A stretch of 32,000 nt of DNA from Candidatus Dwaynesavagella gallinarum (GCA_019120235.1 DWVN01000145.1:5659-37658), one strand, 5' to 3'. Counted from the first letter of the stretch, positions 17,464-27,375 are shown. Notes: a model not told the origin generated them from the letters alone. Translations and numbers: made by a program.

Positions 17464-20070
17464 ATGAAATCAAAACAACAAGTTTCAGAAAAAGAAAGTT
17501 CAAATACAAATTTAGTTATTGATTCCCTCATAACAAAAGCTAGAGAAGCTGAAAAAAAATTATTGCAATTAAACCAATCTCAAATAGATAAAATTGTAGA
17601 TGCTATGTGTATTGCTGGTGCTTCTAAAAACATAGAATTAGCTAAGTTTGCTGTTGAAGAAACTGGACGTGGAGTTTTTGAAGATAAAGTTATTAAAAAT
17701 CTATTTGCTACAGAATACATTCATCATGATATAAAACACGTAAAAACTGTTGGAATAATAAATGATGACCATACAAAAGATTACTTTAATGTAGCTGAGC
17801 CTGTTGGAATAATAGCTGGAGTTACTCCTGTAACTAACCCAACTTCTACTGCTATGTTTAAAGCAATTATTTCTATAAAAACTAGAAATCCTATTATTTT
17901 TGCTTTCCACCCTTCTGCTCAAAAATGTAGTGCTGAAGCTGCAAGAATAGTTCGTGATGCTGCAATAAAAGCTGGAGCTCCAGAAGACTGCGTTCAATGG
18001 ATTGAAGAACCATCTTTAGAAGCTACAAATGCTTTAATGAATCACGAAGGAATCTCTTTAATACTTGCAACTGGTGGATCTGGAATGGTTAAGTCTGCTT
18101 ATAGCTGTGGAAAACCAGCACTTGGAGTTGGACCTGGAAATGTTCCTGCGTACTTAGAAAAATCTTGTAATGTAAGAAGAGCTGTATCCGACATAATTAT
18201 TTCAAAAACATTTGATAATGGAATGATTTGTGCTTCTGAGCAAGCTGCTATTGTTGATGAAGAAATTTCAAAAGAATTTGAAGAAGTAATGAAGGAACTT
18301 AATTGTCATTTTTGTTCAAAAGATGAAATTAAAAAACTTGAACAAATGGCATTCCCTCCAGAAAAAAATTCTTGTGCATTAAATCCAAATATAGTTGGTA
18401 AATCTGCAAACTGGATAGCTGAACAAGCTGGATTTACTGTTCCACCTAAAACAAAAATACTTGTTGCTAAAATTAATTCAGTTGGAAATGAATCTCCTTT
18501 ATCTCGTGAAAAATTAAGCCCAGTTCTTGCTTACATTGTTGTTAAAAACTCTGATGAAGGAATTGAAAAAGCTTCTCAAATGGTAGAATTTGGAGGACTT
18601 GGTCACTCTGCAGCAGTTCACTCAAATAATGAAGAAGTTATTAAAAAATTCTCTGAAAAAGTAAAAGCTGGAAGAATAATTGTAAATACTCCATCAACTC
18701 AAGGTGCTATAGGTGATTTATATAACTCAAATAGAGCATCTTTAACTTTAGGATGTGGATCTTATGGTAAAAACTCAATAATTTCTAATGTAACATGTGA
18801 AAATTTAATTAACTTAAAAAGAGTTGCAAGGAGAAAAGTTAATATGCAGTGGTTTAAAATTCCTGAAAAAATATATTTTGAGTGGGGATCTACTTGTTAT
18901 TTAGAGAAAATGCCTAATATATCTAAAGTTATGATAGTTACAGATTCTGGAATGGTTAATTTAGGGTATACTGATATTGTAATAAACCATTTAGAAAGAA
19001 GAATTGACAAGGTTCACTTTGAAATATTCTCAGACGTTGAACCAGATCCATCTGTTGAAACTGTGTTAAGTGGTGTTAAAGCAATGGAAAGATTCAAACC
19101 TGATTGTATTATAGCTCTAGGTGGTGGATCTGCAATTGATGCTGCAAAAGGTATGTGGTTATTCTATGAACACCCTAATACAAATTTTGATGATATAAAA
19201 TTAAAGTTTGTTGATATAAGAAAGAGAACTTACAAATTCCCTAAATTAGGACAAAAAGCAAAATTAGTTGCAATTCCTACAACTTCTGGAACAGGTTCTG
19301 AGGTTACAGCATTTTCTGTTATAACTGATAAAGTTAAAAATGTTAAATATCCTTTAGCTGATTATGAGTTAACTCCAGATGTTGCAATAATAGATCCTCA
19401 ATATGTAATGAGTCTTCCAAAAGCTGTAACAGCAGATACTGGACTTGATGTTTTAACTCACGCAATTGAAGCTTATGTTTCAATACTTGCTTCTGACTAT
19501 ACAGATGCCCTTGCAATGAAAGCAATTCAATTAGTATTTGAATATTTACCAAGAGCATTTAAAAATGGAAGTAATGATAAGGTTGCAAGAGAAAAAATGC
19601 ATAATGCATCAGCTATAGCTGGTATGGCATTTACAAATGCATTCTTAGGTATAAACCACTCTCTTGCTCACAAACTTGGAGGAGAATTCCATATACCTCA
19701 CGGACGTGCTAACGCTATACTTCTTCCTCATGTAATTAAGTTTAACTCTGAAACTCCAACTAAGCTTCCATCATTCCCTAAATATGAGAAATTTATTGCT
19801 CATGAAAAATATGCAGAAATTGCTAGAACTCTTGGTCTTAAAGCTTCAACTACAGAAGAAGGAGTTAATAGCTTAATTGACGCTGTTAAGAAGTTAATGT
19901 CTGAACTTGAAATGCCTTCAAAAGTTTCTGAGTGTGGAATATCAAAAGAAGAATATATGAACAAAATCAATGAACTTGCTGTAAAAGCATTTGATGATCA
20001 ATGTACTGGTGCAAACCCAAGATACCCACTTGTTGAAGAATTATTAGAAATTTACAAAGCTATATATTAA
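17464..20070 (+). CDS. adhE: Bifunctional acetaldehyde-CoA/alcohol dehydrogenase
   Basis: N-terminal ALDH half (FDNGMICASEQ carries the catalytic Cys; ATGG.GMVK). C-terminal Fe-ADH half (ALGGGSAIDAAK, PTTSGTGSE, HSLAHKLGG..HIPHG). I prefer ATG 17464 (MKSKQQ...) over the track's TTG 17452, which abuts the GGAGG SD. Confidence 0.96.
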   Translation: MKSKQQVSEKESSNTNLVIDSLITKAREAEKKLLQLNQSQIDKIVDAMCIAGASKNIELAKFAVEETGRGVFEDKVIKNLFATEYIHHDIKHVKTVGIINDDHTKDYFNVAEPVGIIAGVTPVTNPTSTAMFKAIISIKTRNPIIFAFHPSAQKCSAEAARIVRDAAIKAGAPEDCVQWIEEPSLEATNALMNHEGISLILATGGSGMVKSAYSCGKPALGVGPGNVPAYLEKSCNVRRAVSDIIISKTFDNGMICASEQAAIVDEEISKEFEEVMKELNCHFCSKDEIKKLEQMAFPPEKNSCALNPNIVGKSANWIAEQAGFTVPPKTKILVAKINSVGNESPLSREKLSPVLAYIVVKNSDEGIEKASQMVEFGGLGHSAAVHSNNEEVIKKFSEKVKAGRIIVNTPSTQGAIGDLYNSNRASLTLGCGSYGKNSIISNVTCENLINLKRVARRKVNMQWFKIPEKIYFEWGSTCYLEKMPNISKVMIVTDSGMVNLGYTDIVINHLERRIDKVHFEIFSDVEPDPSVETVLSGVKAMERFKPDCIIALGGGSAIDAAKGMWLFYEHPNTNFDDIKLKFVDIRKRTYKFPKLGQKAKLVAIPTTSGTGSEVTAFSVITDKVKNVKYPLADYELTPDVAIIDPQYVMSLPKAVTADTGLDVLTHAIEAYVSILASDYTDALAMKAIQLVFEYLPRAFKNGSNDKVAREKMHNASAIAGMAFTNAFLGINHSLAHKLGGEFHIPHGRANAILLPHVIKFNSETPTKLPSFPKYEKFIAHEKYAEIARTLGLKASTTEEGVNSLIDAVKKLMSELEMPSKVSECGISKEEYMNKINELAVKAFDDQCTGANPRYPLVEELLEIYKAIY

Positions 20071-20074
20071 AAAA

Positions 20075-20101
20075 ATAGAGTGCAAAATTTTTGCACTCTA
20101 T
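20075..20101. terminator. Bidirectional terminator (adhE versus methyltransferase)
   Basis: ATAGAGTGCAA (20075-20085) pairs with TTGCACTCTAT (20091-20101), a 5-nt loop, with A-run and T-run flanks. The methyltransferase stop (20098-20100) lies inside the stem. Confidence 0.85.
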
Positions 20102-20733
20102 TTTTTTTCACAAACTATAACATAAAATTTTCTACTTTTACTCTCTGTTAAAACCTTCATCCATTTACTTTGAAAAGATAATTTATCTTTTGAAATATAC
20201 TCTATACTTTCTACTTCAATTCCATATTTATTATATGTTGGAATAAAAACCTCTTTAAAATAACTCTCATTTAATTCAGGAAGCTCTCTCTTTTCTATTT
20301 CATTTTTTTCAAATTTTTCATCATAAGAAAAGCATATATTTATTTTACATTCTGGTTTTGAAAGCTTAGAAATCCCCTCTATAATTTTTAATTCTTCCTT
20401 AAAAATTCCTTGAAGTAAACTTCCCCAAGGAAGATTTATGTAAATTTCTGAAAATTTATTATATAAAACCTCATGTAAATTTTGAGCATTCATAACAACA
20501 TACATTAAATTATCAATTTTATTTTTATACTGCTTAACTCCATATTTTTTCATAGAATCTCTACATGAATCAAGTCCTATATAAAAACAATCTTTATTTT
20601 CTAAAGCATTAAAGTAAACAAATCCTCCTTGACCTGTCCCTAGATCAATTACACACTTACTATATTTACTTATTTTACTTAAAAATTCTTCATCACTAAT
20701 TTCTATTTCTTTACTACTTTTAAGTATTTTCAC
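20098..20733 (-). CDS. Class I SAM methyltransferase resembling the KamB/NpmA family 16S rRNA (adenine1408-N1) methyltransferases
   Basis: 211 aa with a GTG start 5 nt after SD GAGGTG. It looks colinear with NpmA as I remember it: ILKSSKEIEISDEEF (~ILKGTKTVDLSKDEL), VIDLGTGQG (SAM motif I), FYIGLD, INLPWGSLL (~FPWGTLL), EIEKRELPELNESYF (~EIKKRGLPLLSKAYF), FQSKWMK (second Trp). The family assignment rests on memory and not on a search. Confidence 0.55.
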   Translation of the reverse strand: MKILKSSKEIEISDEEFLSKISKYSKCVIDLGTGQGGFVYFNALENKDCFYIGLDSCRDSMKKYGVKQYKNKIDNLMYVVMNAQNLHEVLYNKFSEIYINLPWGSLLQGIFKEELKIIEGISKLSKPECKINICFSYDEKFEKNEIEKRELPELNESYFKEVFIPTYNKYGIEVESIEYISKDKLSFQSKWMKVLTESKSRKFYVIVCEKK

Positions 20734-20752
20734 AAATTCACCTCAATAAAAT

Positions 20753-20783
20753 AAGGATAATTTAAAACTTTTAAATTATCCTT
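20753..20783 (-). terminator. Hairpin terminator after the AbgT gene, immediately upstream of the methyltransferase SD
   Basis: AAGGATAATTTAA (20753-20765) pairs with TTAAATTATCCTT (20771-20783), a 13-bp stem. On the minus strand it is followed by ATTTTATT, then GAGGTG. Confidence 0.65.
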
Positions 20784-20797
20784 AAACTTAATATTTT

Positions 20798-22396
20798 CTA
20801 CATAAAAATAAATGCACCAGGTCCTAAAGGTAATTTTAAAACCATCCAAACAATCAATAACAATACCCATGAAATTAAGAAAACTATTGAATATGGAAGC
20901 ATTAAAGAAATAAGAGTTCCAATTCCACTCTTTGGATCATATTTCTTAACAAGCATTGCTATTATAGGAAAATATGGTAAAAGTGGAGTTATTATATTAC
21001 TTGTAGAATCACCTATTCTATAAGCTATTTGTGTAAATTCTGGTGTAAATCCTAATCTCATAAATAATGGAACAAATATTGGTGCCATTATAGCCCATTT
21101 TGCTGATGCACTTCCTATAAATAAGTTTATAAAAGCAACTATTATTATGAATGCAAGTATTAGAGGAATTCCAACAAAACCAATATTTTCTAAGAAATCC
21201 GCACCTTTTACTGCAATTATTGTAGCTATTTTACTTTGCTCAAATAGTTTTATAAATTGAGAAGCAAAGAATGCTAAAACTAAATATCCTCCCATTGTAG
21301 ACATAGACTTTGTCATAGATTTTACTACATCTGAATCATTTTTAATTTTTCCTGACCCAATTCCAAAAGCCACACCTGGCACAAAAAAACCAAGTGAAAG
21401 AATAACAACTATACCATCTATAAATGGAGATTTAACAATAATTGAATCTGTTTCTGGATTTCTAAGCATTCCTCCAGGAAGAAGTCCAATTATAATTATT
21501 AGAACATAAATAAATAAAGAAATTCCAGCCCATAAAAGTCCTTTTTTCTCTTCTTTTGTAAATTTAAAAGCACTTTCATCTTCAATTTCAACTTGATCTA
21601 CTAAATTATCACCATTTTTTCTATTTAATCTTGGTAATATTATACATTCAGTTACAAGAGTACCAACTATAGTTATTAAAAATGTAGAAACAACCATAAA
21701 ATAGTAGTTACTTGTTGGATTAACAACATATGTTGGATCAATAATATTTGCAGCTGATTGACTAAGACCACTTAATAAAGGATCTATTGTTCCTATAAGT
21801 AAGTTTGCTGAAAATCCTCCAGAAACTCCAGCAAAAGCTGCAGCAATACCGGCTATTGGATTCATTCCAAAACTCTTAAATATTATAGCACCCAGTGGTA
21901 CTAAAACAACATATCCGGCATCAGAAGCTATATTTGATAAAACTCCTAAAAGCACAACAACAACAGTTATAAGTCTTTTTGGAGTACTTAAAATAAGCTT
22001 CTTTATTAAAGCATCTATTAACCCTGTTCCTTCAGCAACTCCAACACCAAGCATTGAAACTAAAACAACACCAAGTGGGGCAAAGCTCGTGAAGTTACTA
22101 ACAATATTTTTCAAAAATTCTGCCATGGAACTTTTAGTTAATAAATTAACAGCATCTACTTTAACAACTTCAGAAACTCCATCTTTTACGGTTTCATACT
22201 CTGCGCTGACACCAGCGTTACCTAAAATAAAAGATGCAATTATGGTTAATATACTTAATAAAACAAACAATGTTACAGGATCAGGTAACTTATTACCAAT
22301 CTTTTCAATAAAATTGAGACTTTTATTAAGTATACCAACTTTTTTGACTGCATTTGTACTTCTTAATCTTTTACTTCTTTTTTCAGCCAAAACCAT
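20798..22396 (-). CDS. AbgT family transporter (p-aminobenzoyl-glutamate / antimetabolite transporter family)
   Basis: 532-aa polytopic membrane protein. The N-terminus LNFIEKIGNKLPDPVTLF is the typical AbgT/MtrF/YdaH opening, followed by many Gly/Ala-rich TM helices. Confidence 0.88.
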   Translation of the reverse strand: MVLAEKRSKRLRSTNAVKKVGILNKSLNFIEKIGNKLPDPVTLFVLLSILTIIASFILGNAGVSAEYETVKDGVSEVVKVDAVNLLTKSSMAEFLKNIVSNFTSFAPLGVVLVSMLGVGVAEGTGLIDALIKKLILSTPKRLITVVVVLLGVLSNIASDAGYVVLVPLGAIIFKSFGMNPIAGIAAAFAGVSGGFSANLLIGTIDPLLSGLSQSAANIIDPTYVVNPTSNYYFMVVSTFLITIVGTLVTECIILPRLNRKNGDNLVDQVEIEDESAFKFTKEEKKGLLWAGISLFIYVLIIIIGLLPGGMLRNPETDSIIVKSPFIDGIVVILSLGFFVPGVAFGIGSGKIKNDSDVVKSMTKSMSTMGGYLVLAFFASQFIKLFEQSKIATIIAVKGADFLENIGFVGIPLILAFIIIVAFINLFIGSASAKWAIMAPIFVPLFMRLGFTPEFTQIAYRIGDSTSNIITPLLPYFPIIAMLVKKYDPKSGIGTLISLMLPYSIVFLISWVLLLIVWMVLKLPLGPGAFIFM

Positions 22397-22539
22397 TAAC
22401 TCCTTTCATTTTCAAAATATTTAAAATATAATTATTATATTATTTTAATATTTAAATAACAATTATGCAACATTATTGTATATATTTCAATAAAAAAAAC
22501 ATTTTTTTATCATAATTATAAATTGGAGATGAATTTAAA

Positions 22540-23367
22540 ATGAAAAATATTAAATTATGTGTTTTTGATCTTGATGGGACACTGTTAAATTCAAATAAAA
22601 AGATAACACAAGAAACTTTATTAGCTGTTAAAAATTTATCTAATTATAATATTAAATATACAATTGCAACAGGAAGAATTGATATTTTAGCAAGAAAATA
22701 CCAACGTGAAATATGTTCAGATTTACCAATAATTTCATGTAATGGATCAATTATAAGAGATCTTTCAAATAAAATTTACTACATGAAAACTCTAGATTTT
22801 GAAACTGTAAAAAATATTTTTAATTATTTTAAATCATTAGAATTAAATTTCTTATTTTACACAGAAAACTCAATTTTAGTTACAAAAAACAATCCTCGTA
22901 TTGAGTTTTTGAAAAATTATAACAAAACAGCAAATAAAAATGATCAATTTAATTTTGAAATTATGGACGATGACATAAATAAATATTCAAATTTAAAATT
23001 TCTAAAATCTCTAGCCCACATAGAAAATCGACCTAAACTTTTAGAAATTCAATCTATCTTAAATAAAGATTTTAAAAATTTATCAATCGTATCTTCTGAT
23101 TATGAATTATTAGATTTAATGCCTTCAGGTATAAATAAAGGAACTGCTCTTTCTATTCTTTGTGACATTTTAAATATAGAAAGTGAGAATGTTTGCGTTT
23201 TTGGAGATAATTTTAATGACATAGAAATGATAAATTTTGCTGGAACCTCTATAGTCCCTGAAAATGGAGAAAATGATGTGAAAAAACTTGCAACACATAT
23301 TACAAAAACAAACGACGAAGAAGGGATTTCATATGCAATAAATAACATAATATTAAAAAATGTGTAG
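22540..23367 (+). CDS. Cof-type HAD-IIB sugar-phosphate phosphatase
   Basis: Motif I is CVFDLDGTLL, then TGR, with motifs III/IV as GINKG...FGDNFNDIEM. Length is 275 aa. Confidence 0.88.
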   Translation: MKNIKLCVFDLDGTLLNSNKKITQETLLAVKNLSNYNIKYTIATGRIDILARKYQREICSDLPIISCNGSIIRDLSNKIYYMKTLDFETVKNIFNYFKSLELNFLFYTENSILVTKNNPRIEFLKNYNKTANKNDQFNFEIMDDDINKYSNLKFLKSLAHIENRPKLLEIQSILNKDFKNLSIVSSDYELLDLMPSGINKGTALSILCDILNIESENVCVFGDNFNDIEMINFAGTSIVPENGENDVKKLATHITKTNDEEGISYAINNIILKNV

Positions 23368-23386
23368 AAATTTAATTCTACACATT
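23359..23386. terminator. Bidirectional terminator (HAD phosphatase versus glmM)
   Basis: AATGTGTAGAA (23359-23369) pairs with TTCTACACATT (23376-23386). The HAD gene's TAG stop (23365-23367) lies inside the stem. Confidence 0.8.
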
Positions 23387-23388
23387 TT

Positions 23389-24729
23389 CTATAATTTATT
23401 TTTAATAGCATTTGATATTTCATTTGCAATATTTTCAATAATATTTTTATCTTTACCTTCTACCATAATTCTAATTAAATCTTCTGTACCAGATTCTCTA
23501 ACTAAAATCCTTCCATTATCTAAAAGCTCATTTTCACATTTTTCAATTAACTCAACTATTTCTTTATCTTCTTTATAAATGTTTTTCTTACCCTCACTAA
23601 CATTTACATTTAACAAAACTTGTGGAAACTCTTCTATACATGATGCTAAATCCTTTAAAGTTTTCCCTTTTTCTTTTACAATTTTACTAAGTATAAGAGA
23701 AGTTAAAATTCCATCTCCTGTTTTATTATCAAGTAAAATTATATGTCCTGATTGTTCTCCTCCTACAACATAATTATTTTCATTCATATTCTGAAAAACA
23801 TACTTATCTCCAACACAAACTTCAGAAATGTCTATACCATATTTATTTAATGATTTGTGCAATCCAATATTACTCATAACTGTTGCTACAACTGTATTTT
23901 TATTTAAAATACCCTTTTCTTTAAAATAAATTGATATTATTCCCATTATAAAATCACCATTTATAATGTTTCCCTCGTGATCAACAGCTAAACATCTATC
24001 AGCATCCCCATCATATGCAAAACCAAAATCACAATTATTTTCTACAACAAAATTACAAATTTCCTTCATACTTGTAGAGCCACAATTATTATTTATATTA
24101 GTTCCATTTGGGTTATTATTTATAATTAATACCTCTGCTCCTGTATCTTTAAATACCTTTTCAGCAATCATATATGCTGCTCCATTTGCACAATCTATAG
24201 CTATTTTTAAACCATTAAGACTTGTATCTAAAGAATTTAATAAAAATTTCCTATAATCATCTATCATATGTTCTGAATATTCAATTTTCCCAATTTGTGA
24301 ATTTTTACTCTCAAATCCATTTATATTTTCAAAGTATAAATCTTCTATTTTTTCTTCTAACTCATCACTTAATTTTACTCCATTATGATCAAAAAACTTT
24401 ATTCCATTATATTCATAAGGATTATGCGAAGCTGAAATCATAACTCCACCTATTAAGTTATACTTAGTTATTAAATATCCTATGGCAGGTGTTGGTATAT
24501 AAGATACTTTTATAACATCAATACCACATGATGCAATACCCGAGCATATACTATTTTCAAGCATAGGACTTGAAATTCTTGTATCCATACCAACTATAAT
24601 TTTTTTGTTATTTGTTGAATTATTAGATAGAATATGCGCTCCACATTTTCCTATTAAATACGCAAATTCACCTGTTAATTTTACATTTGCAATTCCTCTA
24701 ATACCATCTGTTCCAAATAACTTTCCCAT
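23389..24729 (-). CDS. glmM: Phosphoglucosamine mutase
   Basis: MGKLFGTDGIRG, the active-site loop SASHNP, DGDADR and GGEQSGH. SD AAGGAG overlaps the stop of the upstream gene. Confidence 0.96.
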   Translation of the reverse strand: MGKLFGTDGIRGIANVKLTGEFAYLIGKCGAHILSNNSTNNKKIIVGMDTRISSPMLENSICSGIASCGIDVIKVSYIPTPAIGYLITKYNLIGGVMISASHNPYEYNGIKFFDHNGVKLSDELEEKIEDLYFENINGFESKNSQIGKIEYSEHMIDDYRKFLLNSLDTSLNGLKIAIDCANGAAYMIAEKVFKDTGAEVLIINNNPNGTNINNNCGSTSMKEICNFVVENNCDFGFAYDGDADRCLAVDHEGNIINGDFIMGIISIYFKEKGILNKNTVVATVMSNIGLHKSLNKYGIDISEVCVGDKYVFQNMNENNYVVGGEQSGHIILLDNKTGDGILTSLILSKIVKEKGKTLKDLASCIEEFPQVLLNVNVSEGKKNIYKEDKEIVELIEKCENELLDNGRILVRESGTEDLIRIMVEGKDKNIIENIANEISNAIKNKL

Positions 24730-24742
24730 TATTTATACTCCT

Positions 24743-25270
24743 TTATAAAAAATCATATCCAGCTTCAAAAGCTTTTTCATTATCATCAAAATTAAATTTT
24801 TTATTCAAATGTCTCTTAAGAGAATTAATAACAGAACCTCTAGAAATAACTTTTATTATTTTAGTTAATGAACCAAGCATTACAATATTTCCAAAAACTT
24901 TTTCAGAAATACCTTTAGCAATACTTTGAATTGGTACATCAAAATATTTAACATCTTTTCTCAAATGATTATTTCTAACTATATCTGAATTAACAAATAT
25001 AAAACCATTACTCAAAACTCTACTTTCATATTTAAGTAGTGATGGATAATTCATAGCAACCATATATTTAGGTCTAGAAACAATTGGAGAAGAAATTTTC
25101 TTATTACTTATTACAACAGAACAACTAGCAGTTCCTCCTCTCATTTCTGGTCCATAAGATGGAAACCATGTAACATTTAATCCACTTTCAATTGCAGCAT
25201 AAGATAAAATTTTTGAAATAAATAAGATTCCTTGTCCACCAAATCCTGAAAACAATACATCTAAATTCAA
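24743..25270 (-). CDS. 2-oxoacid:ferredoxin oxidoreductase, gamma subunit
   Basis: FSGFGGQGILF...GPEMRGG is the gamma-subunit signature. The track ORF starts at TTG 25288, but GGAGG (25284-25280) lies inside it. In-frame TTG 25270, 8 nt after that SD, is the likelier start. Confidence 0.88.
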   Translation of the reverse strand: MNLDVLFSGFGGQGILFISKILSYAAIESGLNVTWFPSYGPEMRGGTASCSVVISNKKISSPIVSRPKYMVAMNYPSLLKYESRVLSNGFIFVNSDIVRNNHLRKDVKYFDVPIQSIAKGISEKVFGNIVMLGSLTKIIKVISRGSVINSLKRHLNKKFNFDDNEKAFEAGYDFL

Positions 25271-25290
25271 ACTAGTATACCTCCACAAAC

Positions 25291-26022
25291 TTAATCCTTA
25301 AATACCTTTAATTCAAACTCCTTAACCATATTTTCCTCAACCCATTTTAAAGAATCATAAATATTTTTTCTCCAATTTGTTGGACATATAGAAAGAATTT
25401 CAACAAAAGAAAAACCTTCACCATTTTTTACATATTCAAATGCTTTCTTTATTGCTTTTTTCGCTTTCATAACTTCACGAACATTGTGAGTTGAAACCCT
25501 TTCTAAATATCTAATTCCTTCAATAGTTTCTAATAATTCACAAACTTTCACAGGAGGACCATGAGAATCAACTTCTCTTCCATAAGGAGTTGTTTCAGTT
25601 ATCTGTCCCTTCAAAGTAGTAGGCGCCATTTGCCCACCAGTCATTCCATAAGTACAATTATTTATAAAAATTACTACTATATTTTCCCCTCTCAGTGCTG
25701 CATGTATAATTTCTGACATACCTATAGCTGCTAAATCCCCATCTCCTTGATAAGTAAATACAACCCTATCTTTTAAAAGTCTTGACACTGCAGTAGCAAC
25801 GGCTGGAGCTCTTCCATGAGAAGCACTTATAAAATCACAATTTAAATAATCATACATAAGAACTGAACATCCAACAGAAGCAATTCCAATAGATTTATTT
25901 AGTATATTTAACTCCTCTAAAACCTCACCTATTATATTATTTATTATTCCATGAGTACATCCTGGACAATAGTGATTCTTAACATCAATAATAGCTTCAG
26001 ATGGTTTAAATTTTATATTCAT
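25291..26022 (-). CDS. 2-oxoacid:ferredoxin oxidoreductase, beta (TPP-binding) subunit
   Basis: CPGCTHG, then YQGDGDLAAIG...NNCTYGMTGGQ (TPP/Mg motif). The start overlaps the 3' end of the alpha gene by 17 nt. Confidence 0.92.
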   Translation of the reverse strand: MNIKFKPSEAIIDVKNHYCPGCTHGIINNIIGEVLEELNILNKSIGIASVGCSVLMYDYLNCDFISASHGRAPAVATAVSRLLKDRVVFTYQGDGDLAAIGMSEIIHAALRGENIVVIFINNCTYGMTGGQMAPTTLKGQITETTPYGREVDSHGPPVKVCELLETIEGIRYLERVSTHNVREVMKAKKAIKKAFEYVKNGEGFSFVEILSICPTNWRKNIYDSLKWVEENMVKEFELKVFKD

Positions 26023-27106
26023 GCTTATCTCCTTTAATAATTTTTCTAATATCTTCTACTATAGTTTCACAGTCAATAACGTTTCCATACACCTCTGCAC
26101 AAGAATACACTTTATTTTCACTAGAACAACCTAAAATTACATCTTCAACCATTTGTCCAAAATTCATTTCTACACATAAAAACCCATATTTTGTATTATG
26201 AGTATATTTTTTTATTTCATCATAAGGAAATGGCCAAATAGTTATAGGTCTCAATATACCTACACATATATTTTCATCCTTAAGAATATCCCTTACTTTT
26301 TCACATATTCTAGATATTATTCCAAAACATACTAATATAATATCAACTTCTTGTTCTAATCCTAATACTTCGCAACTAACTTCATTGATTTTCATTAAAT
26401 TATACTTTTCATTTAATTTTTTCATATGATTTTTAACTTCTTCATTATCTAAATACAATGAACGTATAACATTTCTATATTCTCTATCTACTACACCATT
26501 TGCACTCCAAGGCTTTAATTTTCTTATATCTTCAAAAGAATCGTAAATAGTATCACTTTTTTCATCTACCTCTATAGACTCCATCATCTGCCCTAAAGTT
26601 CCATCTAAAAAAATAACCACAGGATTCCTGTACTTGTCTGCCAATTCAAATGCTTTAATTGTTAAATCATAAATTTCTTGTACACTATTTGGAGCTAAAA
26701 CTATTACTTTAAATCCTCCATGACCAAGTGCTCTAGTTACAACAAAATAATCCTGTTGAGATGGTTGAATACCTCCAAGACCAGGACCTAATCTGCAAAC
26801 ATTAACTATAACACATGGTAACTCTGCACCTGCCATATATGAAATTCCTTCAGCTTTTAAGCTCATTCCCGGACTTGAAGTAGAAGTCATAGTACGAAAT
26901 CCTGCACTGGCTGCTCCATAAACCATATTAATAGCAGAAATTTCACTCTCTGCTTGAATAATTAGTCTTCCACATTCCGGCATCCTCTTTGACAAATGTG
27001 CAACTATCTCTGTTTGCGGAGTTATAGGATACCCAAAAAAAGCATGACACCCTGCTTTAATAGCCGCTTCTCCTAAAGCTTCACATCCTTTAATTAATAT
27101 CTTCAA
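26006..27106 (-). CDS. 2-oxoacid:ferredoxin oxidoreductase, alpha subunit
   Basis: GYPITPQTEI..., SAINMVYGAASAGFRTMTSTSSPG. TTG start lies 8 nt after AAGGAGA and 4 nt after the delta stop. Confidence 0.92.
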   Translation of the reverse strand: MKILIKGCEALGEAAIKAGCHAFFGYPITPQTEIVAHLSKRMPECGRLIIQAESEISAINMVYGAASAGFRTMTSTSSPGMSLKAEGISYMAGAELPCVIVNVCRLGPGLGGIQPSQQDYFVVTRALGHGGFKVIVLAPNSVQEIYDLTIKAFELADKYRNPVVIFLDGTLGQMMESIEVDEKSDTIYDSFEDIRKLKPWSANGVVDREYRNVIRSLYLDNEEVKNHMKKLNEKYNLMKINEVSCEVLGLEQEVDIILVCFGIISRICEKVRDILKDENICVGILRPITIWPFPYDEIKKYTHNTKYGFLCVEMNFGQMVEDVILGCSSENKVYSCAEVYGNVIDCETIVEDIRKIIKGDKHEYKI

Positions 27107-27110
27107 TTAT

Positions 27111-27356
27111 CTATTCTCCTTTATTTTCAACTATAGTTATAACAGAATCTGGACACATTCTAAAACAAAACCCACATCCTATACAATCTTTTTCCTTATG
27201 ATGTACTATTTGAGCAACATAATGCCCTGAATCATTTAATTTACTAGACATAGAAATTATTTTTTTCGGACAAACCGTCTCACATAGTGTACATCCCTTA
27301 CATCGTTCTTCCCTAAATATAACCTTATATATAAATATCACTTCTTCCTTAAACAT
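27111..27356 (-). CDS. 2-oxoacid:ferredoxin oxidoreductase, delta subunit (2x[4Fe-4S] ferredoxin)
   Basis: CKGCTLCETVCP and CIGCGFCFRMCP are two CxxCxxCxxxCP clusters within 81 aa. Confidence 0.88.
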   Translation of the reverse strand: MFKEEVIFIYKVIFREERCKGCTLCETVCPKKIISMSSKLNDSGHYVAQIVHHKEKDCIGCGFCFRMCPDSVITIVENKGE

Positions 27357-27375
27357 TTAATTAAATTTATAATTA

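Noticed and set aside
17452-20070. adhE is visibly more GC-rich than its surroundings (hand counts of two 60-nt lines gave about 32% and 47%, against about 18% for one line in the giant gene), which might suggest horizontal acquisition.
   Set aside because: Third positions remain A/T-biased and codon choice looks like a highly expressed native gene. The amino-acid composition of a conserved Gly/Ala-rich enzyme explains the GC. There are no mobile-element flanks, and the promoter and operator are native-looking.
20098-22396. The AbgT transporter plus the rRNA methyltransferase could form a mobile resistance islet.
   Set aside because: There is no transposase, integrase, inverted or direct flanking repeat, or tRNA target. 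Composition matches the neighbours. The adjacency may be coincidental.
1204-24443. Track ORFs of 61-112 aa lie antisense to or overlap larger genes: 1204-1419, 6506-6691, 6652-6849, 7562-7846, 13062-13247, 16625-16870, 16979-17179, 17701-17997, 19343-19558, 22089-22424, 23100-23438, 23360-23578, 23579-23773, 24222-24443.
   Set aside because: All lie wholly or largely inside well-supported genes. They have low-complexity, hydrophobic shadow-frame compositions (Leu/Ile/Phe/Ser-rich, as expected antisense to AT-rich codons) and lack convincing SD sequences.
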